DNA of 64,000 nt from Octopus sinensis (GCF_006345805.1 NC_043007.1:66960001-67024000); one strand, 5' to 3'. Counted from the first letter of the stretch, positions 49,845 through 61,908 are shown. Notes: generated by a model from the letters alone, not told the origin. Made by a program: numbers and translations.

Positions 49845-50153
49845 GTGAAGGCACGTGGTTTAGTGGTTAGGATATTTGGCTCACGATTGTAAGGCCAGGA
49901 GTTCAATTCCTGGGGGGCACATTGTATCATTGAGCAAGACACTTTATTTCACACTGCTGGCAAAAATGAGTAGTACCTGTATTTTAAAGGGCCAGCCTTG
50001 TCACACTGTGTCATGCTGAATCTCCTTGAGAAGTACGTTAAGGGTACGCCTGTCTGTGGAGTGCTCAGCCACATGCATGTTAATTTCACAAGCAGGCTGT
50101 TCTGTTGATCAGGTCAACTGGAACCCTGGTCATCGTAACCAATGGAGTGCCAG
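49845..50153 (+). mobile_element. tRNA SINE (family 4)
   Basis: gtgaaggcacgtggtttagtggttagg head; family 4 body. Confidence 0.8.
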
Positions 50154-51060
50154 TTATGCTGTATAATAAACTAGCAGCAGTACCTGGTTTTGCATGACTA
50201 TTACTACTTAAATTCACGTATATGAATTCCCTATATTTTAGGTAAAATTACTTTAAAATGGAGTTGACAGTCTGCAGTTGTTCTGAAGATATTACTGATT
50301 CACTCAAATTTGTTGCATTCAAGTAAATCTGAAGACAATACAAGTTGAATTTCTTTAAAAATATGCAAAGTAATTAAATTACCCAAAAAGCCACACAGCC
50401 AATGATTTTGAGAAAACTGGACTTCAATGCAAAATTTCAGTTGCCCAAGGGCAAAACTATGCCACCCTACCTGACAACTAGTGTTGGTTTGTTTATATTC
50501 CTGCACTTAGCAGTCCAGCAAAAGAACCCAAGAGAATAAGAACCAGGCTTTAAAAAGAAAAAAAAAAAAGAACTGGAGTTGGGTGGGGAGGTTGGTTTGT
50601 TTAACTAAATTTTTCACGGTGGTGCCTCAGCATGGCTGCAGTCCAATGACTGAAATAAGTAAAAAAAACAGCAGATAAAAGAATCACTTTCACTACCACT
50701 GCTACCACCACTACCAATTTCACTACTACCATCACTACCACCACAGCTACCGTCATCATTTTAACATTCACTTTTCCATGTTTGCATGGATTACATGACA
50801 TTTGTTGAGACAGATTTATCTGCTGTCAGATGCCCTTCCCGTCACCAACCCTCACCTTTTTCCAAGTAAGGAAATATTTCCCCATGGCTGGACATGTTTA
50901 CACAAAATACTGGAAACAAGGAACACTGCTTGTATGACGATAGCACTTGTTTATATCTATTGCATGATGTCAAAACAAGGAGACATAAACTACACAGACC
51001 CACCCATGCCAGCATGGAAGACGGACATTAAATGATGACGACGATGATGATGATATGTAA

Positions 51061-51360
51061 AGGTAAGATCCAAGGATCAAAGTGTAGGAAGTTAGTAAGC
51101 TTCAAGCAGTCCATAGAAGGTATAAAAACAACTTTCAGGAACAATAGTGTCTATAGTGCTTTATTGACATAGAAGATTGTAAGTTACTACTTCCAAAGTT
51201 TTGCTAGCTAGGTGAGATCCAGAGATGCTTCATATGGAAAACATGTATTAGTTCTCAACTGATCTGAACTTGTACTCCAAAGTCTTTATTGAGGACTAAA
51301 TCCACAGGGTAAAGAGTGGCTACAAGAGAAATGCAGGTGAGCTGATATGGAGATAGTGTC
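51061..51360 (-). pseudogene. CR1/L2-group LINE RT remnant, heavily decayed
   Basis: KDFGVQV...HMKHL resembles KDLGV...HI; downstream LY..F..LLE-like segment; many stops. Confidence 0.4.
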
Positions 51361-51529
51361 TATTTTAATGTATCAAGCCCAAATATGTTTATTTGAATCT
51401 TCTCACTATATATATAATATATATGTATATATATACACACGTGCATGCATGCAACACATGTGCAGATAATGATACACACCATAGAATGACAGAATGAACT
51501 AAACAGATCAGGAGGAGACACATGGAATG

Positions 51530-51577
51530 GAGAGTCACTGAAGAGGTCACAAGATGCGTGATGAAAGATTTCCAGAC
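51530..51577 (+). ncRNA. Type I hammerhead ribozyme-like motif (Penelope type)
   Basis: CTGAAGA-G-GTCAC-aagatgc-GTGAT-GAAA-GATTT-C-CAGAC; second copy at 21724-21775 (-). Confidence 0.5.
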
Positions 51578-52729
51578 AAGGGACACAAAATAAGAACAAT
51601 AATAAAACAACTCTGAGGTGAAGAACAAATATATAGCATGTGTTTTTATTTAGCAAAAAAAAAATGACCATCGTAAAATATAATATATGTATACATATAT
51701 TAGATTTTTTTGCAATTTCCCTCAACCAAATTTGGTTGGCCTAGGCTATAGTAGAAGACACTTGTCCAAGATGCCACACAGTAGGACTGAACCATAAACC
51801 CTGAATATAATTGGGAAGCAAACTTTGTAACCACAAAACCATGCCTGCACCTATATATGAAGATATTTGCTGTTTGCTTCATTCTGTGAGATGTGAAGAA
51901 GCTCAAATGTTGAGTTAGGGAAAGAGAGTTATAGCCAGTTAAATGATACTTGTGTATTACTGGTATCTGTTTTATCAACAGATCAAAATCTGCAGGATTT
52001 GAATACAAACGCAAAATGGACAACAGTAAATACGATAATTTAATCAACCAAACTACTTTCCAGACTGTCTCTGCTACTCTTCTTAGATATAAGCATAGAT
52101 TTGATTTTACATCCACAACAGTCCTCAAATTTCTCAAGTCAAATCAATGAAGTTCAATAGCTAACTGGTATCTACTTTATTAATTACATAGGCATTAAAA
52201 ATAAAATCCTCCCTAGCAGGGGTTGAACTCAGAGCATTGAGAAGCAAAAGTTTGATAAGAGATCTAGTCCATTGCTTTACCAATTCTATAACTTGGCTGA
52301 CAATTATATATGAATATCAAAACTGAACTGATTGTTACACAGTTCATAGTCTGTCCCCTGCCAAGGATACAGCAAAGTCATGGGGCTGCAACATGGCAGA
52401 TTGTGAAGAGGTAGCAGAGGAGCTCAACTGTGCAAACAGTACTTCTTACATCGATGCTGAGTGGAGGAGTCCCAGAAGATCAACAGTCAGGGTCTCCAAG
52501 CTCCATCAAGAGAGTAACTGCAATGCATCCATAGGGATGGCATCCATGGTTGTGCAATCAGCAAATAAAAGAGTCATAATGACTCAAGCTCCCAATTCAA
52601 ATTCATAAAAATGGAATTAGATGGCAAGAGAGTCATGGGAATCTGCAAAAGCAGCAAAAAAAAAAAGAATTATAACCATCAATGACTGCATTACATAACA
52701 GTGAGACTGTCACACAACTTACAGTTACA

Positions 52730-52955
52730 CATTAATTCTTTAGCATTTAAACCAGCCATCGGGCCCAAATATTCTACTTGCTTTATGTTCAAACTGATCA
52801 GCTCCAGCCTCTCACACCTACCTGATAATGTCATTCTAAAAATAAACAATCATTTCATCACACCATCTTGAAGCAACAAGATAATGGTGATTAATTCTAA
52901 ACACTGTGAATAAATAAGCATTACATTTGACAGAGTGATCTTAACGCTAAAGGGC
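52730..52955 (+). mobile_element. piggyBac-like MITE, full length
   Basis: ttaa-ttctttagcattt ... aacgctaaaggg. Confidence 0.7.
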
Positions 52956-52959
52956 TATT

Positions 52960-54170
52960 GTGTTACACAGATGACAGTTACATTAATAAGCATGTCACAC
53001 ATCAATTAATACACCTAAACAATACACATTAATGAAAATGTGACACAGCTAACAGCTACACACCAATGAGGAGAATGATACACATATAACAGTTCCAAAT
53101 TAATGAAAATGTGACACAGACGACAGTTACATATCAATAAGGGTGATACACAGCTAAGAGTTACACATGCATGACAATGTGGGACAGCTTGACGTTAATG
53201 AAAATGTTACACATTTAAGAGTTACGCATCATTGAAACTGTTCCACTGTTATACAACATTAAATCTTACATTGCTAATGGTTAACTACCAGCTACACGTT
53301 GATGGGAATTTTACACACCTACCTACTACAGAACAAGAATGTTACACAGCAGACAGTTACAGATTTACAAGGGTGTTACACAGTTATACATTAATGAAAG
53401 TGTTACACATTTAGCAATCACACATCAATGACAATGTTAACACTGTTACACATCAATAAGTGTTACATTACTAACAGTTACACACCAGTGAAAATACTAC
53501 ACATGGATAACTAACATTTACACACATGAATGAAAGATTTAGACACCTACCTGTTACATAAAAATGAGAATGTTACACAGCAAACAGTTATAGCTTTATG
53601 AGGGTGTTACACAGTTAACAGTTACACATTGGTGAGAACGTTACACGTGTTACTGTTGCATGCCAATGACAATACCACACAGTTACACATTAATGAGAAT
53701 ATTTATACATCAATGATATGTTAATGATATGTTACACATGAATGAGAATGTTATAAATCAATGAAATGTTATACATGAATGAGAATGATACACATCATTG
53801 AAATGTTATGCATGAATGAGCATGTTATACAACTAAAAGTTATACACCAATGAGTATGAACAGTTTTACATCAATGAGCATGTTACACATCAATGTGAGT
53901 GTTACACAGCTACACAATGTGTGTTACACAGCTAACAGTTACAGAACAACAAAAGTGTTACACAACTAACAGTTACAGAACAACGAATGTGTTACACAGC
54001 TACACAATGTGTGTTACACAGCTAACAGTTACAGAACAACTAAAGTGTTACACAGCTAACAGTTACAGAACAATGAATGTGTTACACAGCTAACAGTTAC
54101 ACAAGTGTTTTACAATAGTTTATGCACCAATGAATCTTTTATACTGTTGACAGTTGCACATCAATGAATC
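52960..54170. repeat. ~1.2-kb degenerate minisatellite (GTTACAC core, ~34-bp unit)
   Basis: units such as gtgttacacagctaacagttacagaacaacgaat; most homogeneous at 53880-54110. Confidence 0.85.
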
Positions 54171-55607
54171 TAAACCCTAATACACTGACATGGTTTATTT
54201 ATTTGGGAAATTAAATAGTTCTTTGTTTTATTATTTTAATTAGCCTTAAGTTCATCTCACTCACTCACACACATTTAAGGGATTTATTAGTTCAGTTCCA
54301 ACCTTATGCATATGTAACATGTATGCAGAGTTAAGTGACAGACAGACACATCAATTAGTTTGCTTGCAGTAGAATTAATGGTCATGCATTGATAGGTTTG
54401 TTATAAAGCTCATGTTAAATATTTCCCATCTATATTACTGATAATGGCTACACATGGGTGGATATTTTGTAGAGTTAATGACACACATCAGTGCCTTTCT
54501 TATGCAGAAAATGATCAGTCATTGATACAGTTTTATATGCAGTAGGATGATGATGATCACTCAGCTGTGAATTTGTTATACAGTAAATGGTCACAACAAA
54601 AATAACATATGGTCATACAGTAAAGTATTCCATGTGCAGTTTACAGTTCTGTTTTGATGTTATTACTATGATGTTACTGCCATACATCCATGCACTTATC
54701 ATGCCAATGATTATTAGGCATTTGCTCTGTTGTTTATATCAGATCAAGAGTGGTTTACAAGTAATAAACATGCAAACCAATACTACCTGTTTTATGGTTG
54801 GGTCATCAGTGATTAAATCAACAACACCACTTAAAGGTCTCACTCTAGAATGTGTGGCAAGTTGATGGACACGCTAATACGGCCAAAAAGAAAACAATAT
54901 TTGTCTGCAAGACATGTGAACTTAAAGGGGTCAACAATCATCAGTCAAACTTACAAATGAAGTGGAGCCTCCACTAGGATTTTTAGCAACCCCTGCACCT
55001 GGTTGTCTCCTTCAAATATACTAGCCATGTCTTCCCTCTGATCTAATGAGACTCAGACTCGAAAAGCTCCTTGATAAGTTGTCTTAAACCAGTCCTGACA
55101 AGGATTATCATCATCTAATTTTAACTGTCAACTACTTTGCCTGCAGAGGTAAACTTCAGCTCCAGTTTAACATACTGACCGTTGATGAGTGATGACAGAT
55201 GGATCCCATTCAATGATCAGGTATCAATCACTGCTGTCATGCATGGCCACATATCAATGGGTTTTCTATAATTGATATACATCAATGGATTCATTATGCA
55301 GCTAACAATCACAAGCCAACAGAGTGTATATTAGTTATACAAGCTAATAAATATGCAACAGATTATACAGATTAGTCAACATATATCCCAAACAATAAAT
55401 CCAGACAAACTAATCAAGGAGGTTTTACATGATTAACTTGCAAGTTACTTGTACCCTTAATGCAATTCAGTGTCAGACATAATCAGTGTGACACTTAGCG
55501 TCAATAAATGCAACAGGCTTCTCCATAGTTTCTGTCTACTCAGTTTAAACCCACAAAACAATAAAATTCTATATTTCTGAGATGAAAGATCTATATTATG
55601 CACTACT

Positions 55608-55710
55608 AGGTGCAGAAGTGGCTGTGTGGTAAGTAGCTTGCTTACCTACATGGATTTGGTAGATGGAAACTGAAAGAAGCTCATCGTATATATATATGTA
55701 TATATGTCTG

Positions 55711-55749
<39 letters not shown>

Positions 55750-55950
55750 TTGTGTGTCTGTGTTTGTCCCCCCAACATCGCTTGACAACCAATGCTGGTG
55801 TGTTTACATCCCTGTAACTTAATGGTTCGGCAAAAGAGACCAACAGAATAAGTACTAGGCTTCCAAAGAATAAGTCCTGGGGTCGATTTGCTCGACTAAA
55901 GGTGGTGCTCCAGCATGGCCGCAGTCAAATGACTGAAACAAATAAAAGAG
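55608..55950 (+). mobile_element. CORE-like SINE (family 1) with internal deletion
   Basis: head joined directly to tggatttggtag. Confidence 0.8.
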
Positions 55951-55952
55951 TA

Positions 55953-56259
55953 CTGGCACTCTGTTGGTGATGAGGGTTCCAGTTGATCCAATCAATGGAA
56001 CAGCCTGTTCGTGAAATTAACGTGCAAGTGGCTGAGCACTTTACAGACGTGTACCCTTAACGTAGTTCTTAGGGAAATTCCACATGACACAGAATGTGAC
56101 ATGGCTGGCCCTTTGAATACAGATGAGAATCAGCTGAGTGAACTGGTACAACATGAAATAAAGTGTTTTGCTCAAGGACATAAAGTGCCACCGGGAATTG
56201 AACTCACAACCTTATTTTCACGAGCTGAATAGCCTAACTGCTAAGTCATGTGCCTTCAC
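55953..56259 (-). mobile_element. tRNA SINE (family 4)
   Basis: homologous to 5385-5705. Confidence 0.8.
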
Positions 56260-57082
56260 TTTTATATTATGTACACTGTTTACAATGAGTCAGACTGGTG
56301 TCTTCATTTTGATCAAGATGAGGTCACCAGCTCGATTAATGTAAAGAGTGTACATAACTCACAAGACTTTGATCTCTAGTTAAATGACACTACACTTCTC
56401 CAATGCTCTGCTCAGTGAAAATGAACCGGGAACACCGTCCTTGTATAGAAAACATCTTAACCATATAGCTATTCACCCACATACATGCTGTTAGACAGAA
56501 AGACAGACAGGTAGATATATTGACAAATATATGCACATACATACAAGTCAACAAGACAACATTCAAATGTACAAATAAAAAAAAAACTTACCAAAGGTAG
56601 AATGTACCAAACTTTACATAGAAACTTTCTATAAACAGTTATTTTAATTATCAATTTACCCATGATCCACATTGTTGTAGCAGCTGTGGTTTACATGGTG
56701 AATGGTGAAGGTGAGAGTGGGTTTTAATACAGTAGTAGTAATGTTATTGTCTATTAATAAATGCAATATGAAGGCACGTGGCCAGCCTAGGTTGTAGGTT
56801 CAATTCTTGGACCAGCTTGCACGGTGCATCTTTGGGTAAGGCACTTCATTTCACATTGCATACACACATACATCATTAAAAATACCAACATAACCAGATT
56901 TTGAATATGTATTCACAATTTACTAGTGCCATCATGTTTTACACTAACATTCATCAAGACAATAACAATTTTTCTATATAAAATGTTTTTTTAATATATC
57001 TCATTTTCTTAGGAGGGTCCTTATGCCAATAATGTCAGACAGCTCACACATACAAAAACGAAATTTTATTTTATATATACAT

Positions 57083-57633
57083 ACTAGCTGTTGGACCCGG
57101 CATTGATCGTGTTTTCCGTGTTGAAGTTAAGCCCACCTCTGACCTTGTATTGGAATCTTCTACGTTCCCCATGCCACCTATACCCATTAAGATGTTATAT
57201 CTGGTTCAGCAGGGATTTTACTCAGTTAATGCATTTTGACAAACTCCTACATACTGGACCTTCTGAAATTGCAGTCAAACTTTTGGGTTTACCTTGACTC
57301 GTTGAGAGTGATGTCTGTTTATTTCTCTCCCCTTAATGCCACCACACTGACATCAACTCACTGCCATAAGCCTCACTCATTCATTGATTTTCATCAAAAA
57401 GCTGTAGGAAAAATAACATTGTTATGGGAATTTCCATTCAAACACCCGATTGAGCTCACAAAAATCAATGCCAACTGAGCATTATCAAGTTTTCAAAAAA
57501 TTCCAGCCTTATTTGAACTTCAGGGCACCAATGTGCCAAAAATTATTAAAATTGGTTGGCCGGTGTGGGAAGAATTAGAGTAACACCAAACACACAGAGA
57601 GACAGACACCATTACACATTTATGTATATAGAT
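57083..57633 (+). mobile_element. Non-autonomous Helitron/DINE-1-like element
   Basis: 5' actagctgttggacccggc, 3' aaattggttggccggtgtggg...(CAGA)-like microsatellite...tatgtatatagat, the architecture of Lep1/DINE-1-type elements. Confidence 0.5.
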
Positions 57634-58104
57634 GTGTGTGTGTGTTTATATAGAGAGATAGAGAGAGAGAGACAGACAGACAGACATAGATATATATACA
57701 CATCTTTTTTCTTGCTCTTTTGTGTTTCAATCATTAGACTGCAGCCATGCTGGAGCAGCACCTTGAAAGTTTTTAGTTGAACAAATCAAAGCCGGTGATT
57801 ATATTTTTGAAATCTGGTACTCGATTATACAGTCAGTGAATACATACTTTTGCCATGAGGTCCCAGGTTCAATCACACTGCACAGCCCCCTATGTACGTG
57901 TCTTTTACATTTACCTCGGTTCAACCCAAGCCTTGCAAGTGAAATTGAGTTGACAGAAATTGTGTGGATGCTGTCAGTTTTGTCACATTTGAGCCATGTT
58001 GATTCTGCTTCAGGTATATGTGTGTGGAATACTCAGCCACTTACATGCTAATGCAAGAAATAGGCATTTTAGTTGATCAAACAAAGCTTATCAAAACCAA
58101 TTCT

Positions 58105-58500
58105 TTTATTCTTTTACTCGTTTCAGTCATTAGATTGTGGCCATGCTGGAGCACCACCTTGAAACGGTTTTAGTTGAACAAATCAAACCCAGGACTTTTT
58201 TTAAAAACCTAATACTTATTCTATCTATTTCTTTTGCCGAACCGCTAAGTTACAAGGACACAAACACACCAACACCAGTTTTGAAGTGGTTATGGGGTGA
58301 CAAACATGGATACAAACATACACATACATAGATATATACAAATATAACGGACTTCTTTCAGTTTCCATCTACCAAATCCACTCATAAGGTCTCAGTTAAC
58401 CTGAGGATATAGTAAAAAAACACTTTCCCAAGGTACCATACCCTGGGACTGAACCTGGAACGATGTGGTAGGGAAGAAAGCTTCTTACCACACAGCCATG
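58105..58500 (-). mobile_element. CORE-like SINE (family 1), full length
   Basis: family 1 motifs. Confidence 0.8.
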
Positions 58501-58675
58501 TATAAAGATCCAATTTTTGTCACAGGAAAAAAATTTAAATAACAAAGTCTGTTTTGTGTGCACCAACTCTTAAACATTAGGAAACCCATCACCACCCAGT
58601 AATAAAACATCTGTAGAAAATAAAACAATTATTTTGAGATGATTTGCCATCAAGAATCAAAAATACAAGGGTTCA

Positions 58676-58771
58676 GATATTTGTCTGTCTTTGGAGAGAA
58701 AGAATATAGGAGCTAAATCCACAAATGCAGAAAGCTTCTATATTCTTTCTCTCTGAAGAAGTAAAAGTGTC
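58676..58771 (+). ncRNA. Candidate pri-miRNA hairpin
   Basis: 27 contiguous pairs (3 G.U) at 58688-58714/58733-58759, 18-nt loop, imperfect basal extension. Confidence 0.4.
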
Positions 58772-58966
58772 CAAAATGTTGGATTTTTTTCACACCCATA
58801 ACAAATCAGAGATTGCAAGGTTTAACATTTACTAATACAAATCATCACCAACTCCCAGATTTCCTTGGATTTTGAAACCCAAACAGTAATAATGTTTTCA
58901 AATATGCTGACTTACAATGTGGAGTTTCTATAGTCTTGCTAGTTATTAATATCACTATTATTATTA

Positions 58967-59602
58967 GTGGAGGAAAAATGCGACGACATTCTCGGGGAAA
59001 CTCTAGGCGTTGAAGATGACGAACTGTGCGGTCTGTTCGGGAGGACTTTCGGGCCGGGGCCGATGGATAATTTCCAGAGGTCTCTCGCTTGGCAGTGCTA
59101 CCGAGGGGCTCTGCCTGTTCGAGATAAACTCTACCGGCACGGAAGTGCCGTCAGCCGAGCCTGCCCGAGGTGTTGCCAGGACGACGAAACCGTTCTGCAC
59201 GCACTCGTTCAGTGCCCGAGTATTGCTGAAATATGGGTTTATGTCGAACAGCTACTGTCACGTGTAGGACGGATCCGACTATCGGCCGAATCCATAGTGA
59301 AGATTGCCCCGCCGACCTCCTTTAACAAGGAGGGCGAGGCCGTTTTCTTGTGCCTAGTGGCTGTGGCGAAAGAGGTCGTGTGGTGGACTCGTTTGAAAGG
59401 GCTAAAGACAGACACTTTCCTCTTTGGTCAAGGCCTCATCAACTTTTTCAAGTTTCACTTGAAAAGGAAGATGAGGTTAGAGAGGAAAGTGCTGTCCGAT
59501 AGCAAGTTTTATGAAAGGTGGGTGAATTGTGCGAGACTGGCCTGTTATAAATGGACCAGTTCTCAGGTTTCGCCTGTGATTTCAAAGAAAAAGGTAATGT
59601 AA
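58967..59602 (+). CDS. 5'-truncated Tx1/L1-clade LINE ORF2 C-terminus (zf-RVT CCHC), uninterrupted frame
   Basis: LAWQCYRGALPV...CPRCCQDDETVLHALVQCP..AEIW...KEVVWWTR...KFYERWV; GC/CpG-rich against an AT-rich background; the GTG start is not a real initiator. Confidence 0.85.
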   Translation: MEEKCDDILGETLGVEDDELCGLFGRTFGPGPMDNFQRSLAWQCYRGALPVRDKLYRHGSAVSRACPRCCQDDETVLHALVQCPSIAEIWVYVEQLLSRVGRIRLSAESIVKIAPPTSFNKEGEAVFLCLVAVAKEVVWWTRLKGLKTDTFLFGQGLINFFKFHLKRKMRLERKVLSDSKFYERWVNCARLACYKWTSSQVSPVISKKKVM

Positions 59603-59860
59603 AAGGAGAAGAAAGGGGACTCTCTACACCCCCTTTTTTTGACCAGGCTCCCGTTGGCTTTTGTAGGGTTTTTTCCACCAGGAACCTTTCGAGACGTCTC
59701 CCCCTTTTGGGAGTTTTTCATTGTTGAATTTTATAAGTTGTTATAAAGATTTTTACTCGATGTTTTTAAAAAACGGCAAAACCCTTTGTAACCTTTCGTC
59801 CTGTCTTGTCCCTTTATGTAATCATGCGTGTCAGCCCTTGTGGCCAATAAAAAAGAATTG
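58967..59860 (+). mobile_element. Tx1-like LINE insertion including 3' UTR, in (ATT)n
   Basis: left flank ctattattattag; right end gcccttgtggccaataaaaaagaattg followed by (ATT)n. Confidence 0.8.
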
Positions 59861-59875
59861 ATTATTATTATTATT

Positions 59876-61460
59876 AAGGCGGAGAGCTGGCAGAATCGTT
59901 AGCATGCCAGGCAAAATGCTTAGCAGTATTTCATCTGCCGCTACGTTCTTGACTTCAAATTCCGCCAAGATCAACTTTATCTTTCATCCTTTCAGCGTCA
60001 ATAAATTGAATACCAGTAAAATACTGAGGTCAATGTCATCGATTAGTCCCCTCCCCCAAATTTCAGACCTTGTGCCTATAGTAGAAAGGAGTATTATCAT
60101 TATTACTATTATTATTAAACCAGCAAGCTGGCAGAATCGTTTCCATGCCAGGATGAAATGCTTAGTGATGTTTCATCTGGCTTTGAGTGTTGAGTTCAAA
60201 CTCCAAGGTTGACTTTGCCTTCCATCCTTTCGGGGTCTATGAATCAACTTACCCCTTCCATCGAAATTGCTGGCCTTGTGCCAAAATTTGAAGTCATTAT
60301 TATTATCTTCATTATTAAAGGCAGCAAGATGGCAGAATCTTTAGCATGCCAGGGTGAATTGCTAAGCAGTATTTCGTCTGTTGCTACATTCTGAGTTCAA
60401 ATTCCACTGAGATTGACTTTGCCTTTCATCCTTTCAGGGTCCATATATTAACTATCAGTGAAATACTGGGGTCGATGTAATTGGTTAGTCTCCGCCCCCA
60501 AAATTTTAGGCCTTGTGCCTAAAGCAGAATGGATTATTAATTATTATTATTATTAAATTGGCAAGCTGGTAGAATTGTTAGCACGCTAGGCAAAAATGCT
60601 TAGCAGAATTTTTTTTGCCCCTCTTTACATTCAGAGTTCAAATTCCACTGATTGCCTTTCATCCTTCTGCAATCAATAAAATAAGTACCAGTTGTGCACT
60701 GGGGTTGATGTAATCTGCTTACCTCCTCCCCTGAACTTGCTGGTCTTGTGCTAAAATTTGAAACCATTATTATTATTATTAAGGTAGTGAGCTAGCAGAA
60801 TTGTTACCATACTGGGCTTAGCAGCATTTCCCCCGTCTTTATGTTCTATGTTCAAATTTCACTGAGGTTGACTTTGCCTTTCATCCTTTCGGGGTCAATA
60901 TGATGACTACCCATTGAGTACTGGAATTTATGTAAATCAACTTACCCACTCACTTGAAATGGCTGGATTTGTGCAAAAATTTGGAACCATTATTATTATT
61001 ATTATTATTATTATTAAGGCGGTGAGCTGGCAGAATCGTTAGCGCGCTGAACAAAATGCTCAGTGGTATTTCACCCATCGCTACGTTCTGAGTTCAAACT
61101 CCACCGAGGTCAACTTTGCCTTTCATCCTTTCAGGATCAATAAATTAAGAACCAGTGAAACACTAGGGGTTGATGTAATCAACTAGTCCCCACCCCACAA
61201 ATCTGAGGCCTTGAGCTTCCAGCAGAAAGAATTATTATTATTATTATTATTATGAGAATAGTCGAATCATTAGTAGAAAATATTTAGTGGTATTTAGTTT
61301 CTGTTGCTTTTGTTCTGATTTCAGATCCCACCCAGATCAACTTTACATTTCATCCCTCCAGTGTCAATAAAATAGCATAACCCTCAAGTACTAGGACTGA
61401 TAGCATCAACTAGACCCCTTCCCTCATAAATTCTGGCCTTGTACCTAAATTAGAAGCAAT
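59876..61460 (+). mobile_element. Head-to-tail array of seven family 2 SINEs separated by (ATT)n
   Basis: copies start near 59876, 60113, 60316, 60555, 60780, 61016, 61250. Confidence 0.85.
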
Positions 61461-61908
61461 TAATGAAGTACATATTTCCATTTCTTATTTGTTTCTTAAA
61501 TAATTTAGTACTGAAATTTTCTTGTTAATTATTTTAGACATATCCCCAAAGAAATGAATGTGTTCTTTACTAAAAACCACTTTACTATTGTCGAATATAT
61601 AATGTAAAGACAGTAACAAATAGCAGAAAAATACTAATGTTTGTTTTTAAACTTTAGCACACAGTAGGTGCATCATGTCACTGTAATGAGTTTTCTCAAT
61701 AGTTGAGATGGAAAGATATTTTATTAAACTAGAGGCGGTTTAAATCTAATATTTAGACCAGCCACATCCGACCGACCAGATCCAGCATTTAACACCTAAC
61801 CTACAATGCCATTCTAAAAATAAACAATCACATCAAAACCATGATTAACTGAAAATAATATGAATAAATAAGCATTACATATGACGGAGTAATCTCAATG
61901 CTAAAGGT

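Noticed and set aside
52960-54170. CRISPR-like repeat periodicity
   Set aside because: No unique spacers, units are contiguous and decayed, eukaryotic context, no cas genes.
54840-54970. FVCKTC motif suggesting a zinc-binding host exon
   Set aside because: Frames are broken by stops; more likely an RTE-type LINE relic, too decayed to call.
56590-56690. Minus-strand donor TTG|gtaagt with upstream open frame MWIMGKLII...
   Set aside because: No convincing acceptor or homology.
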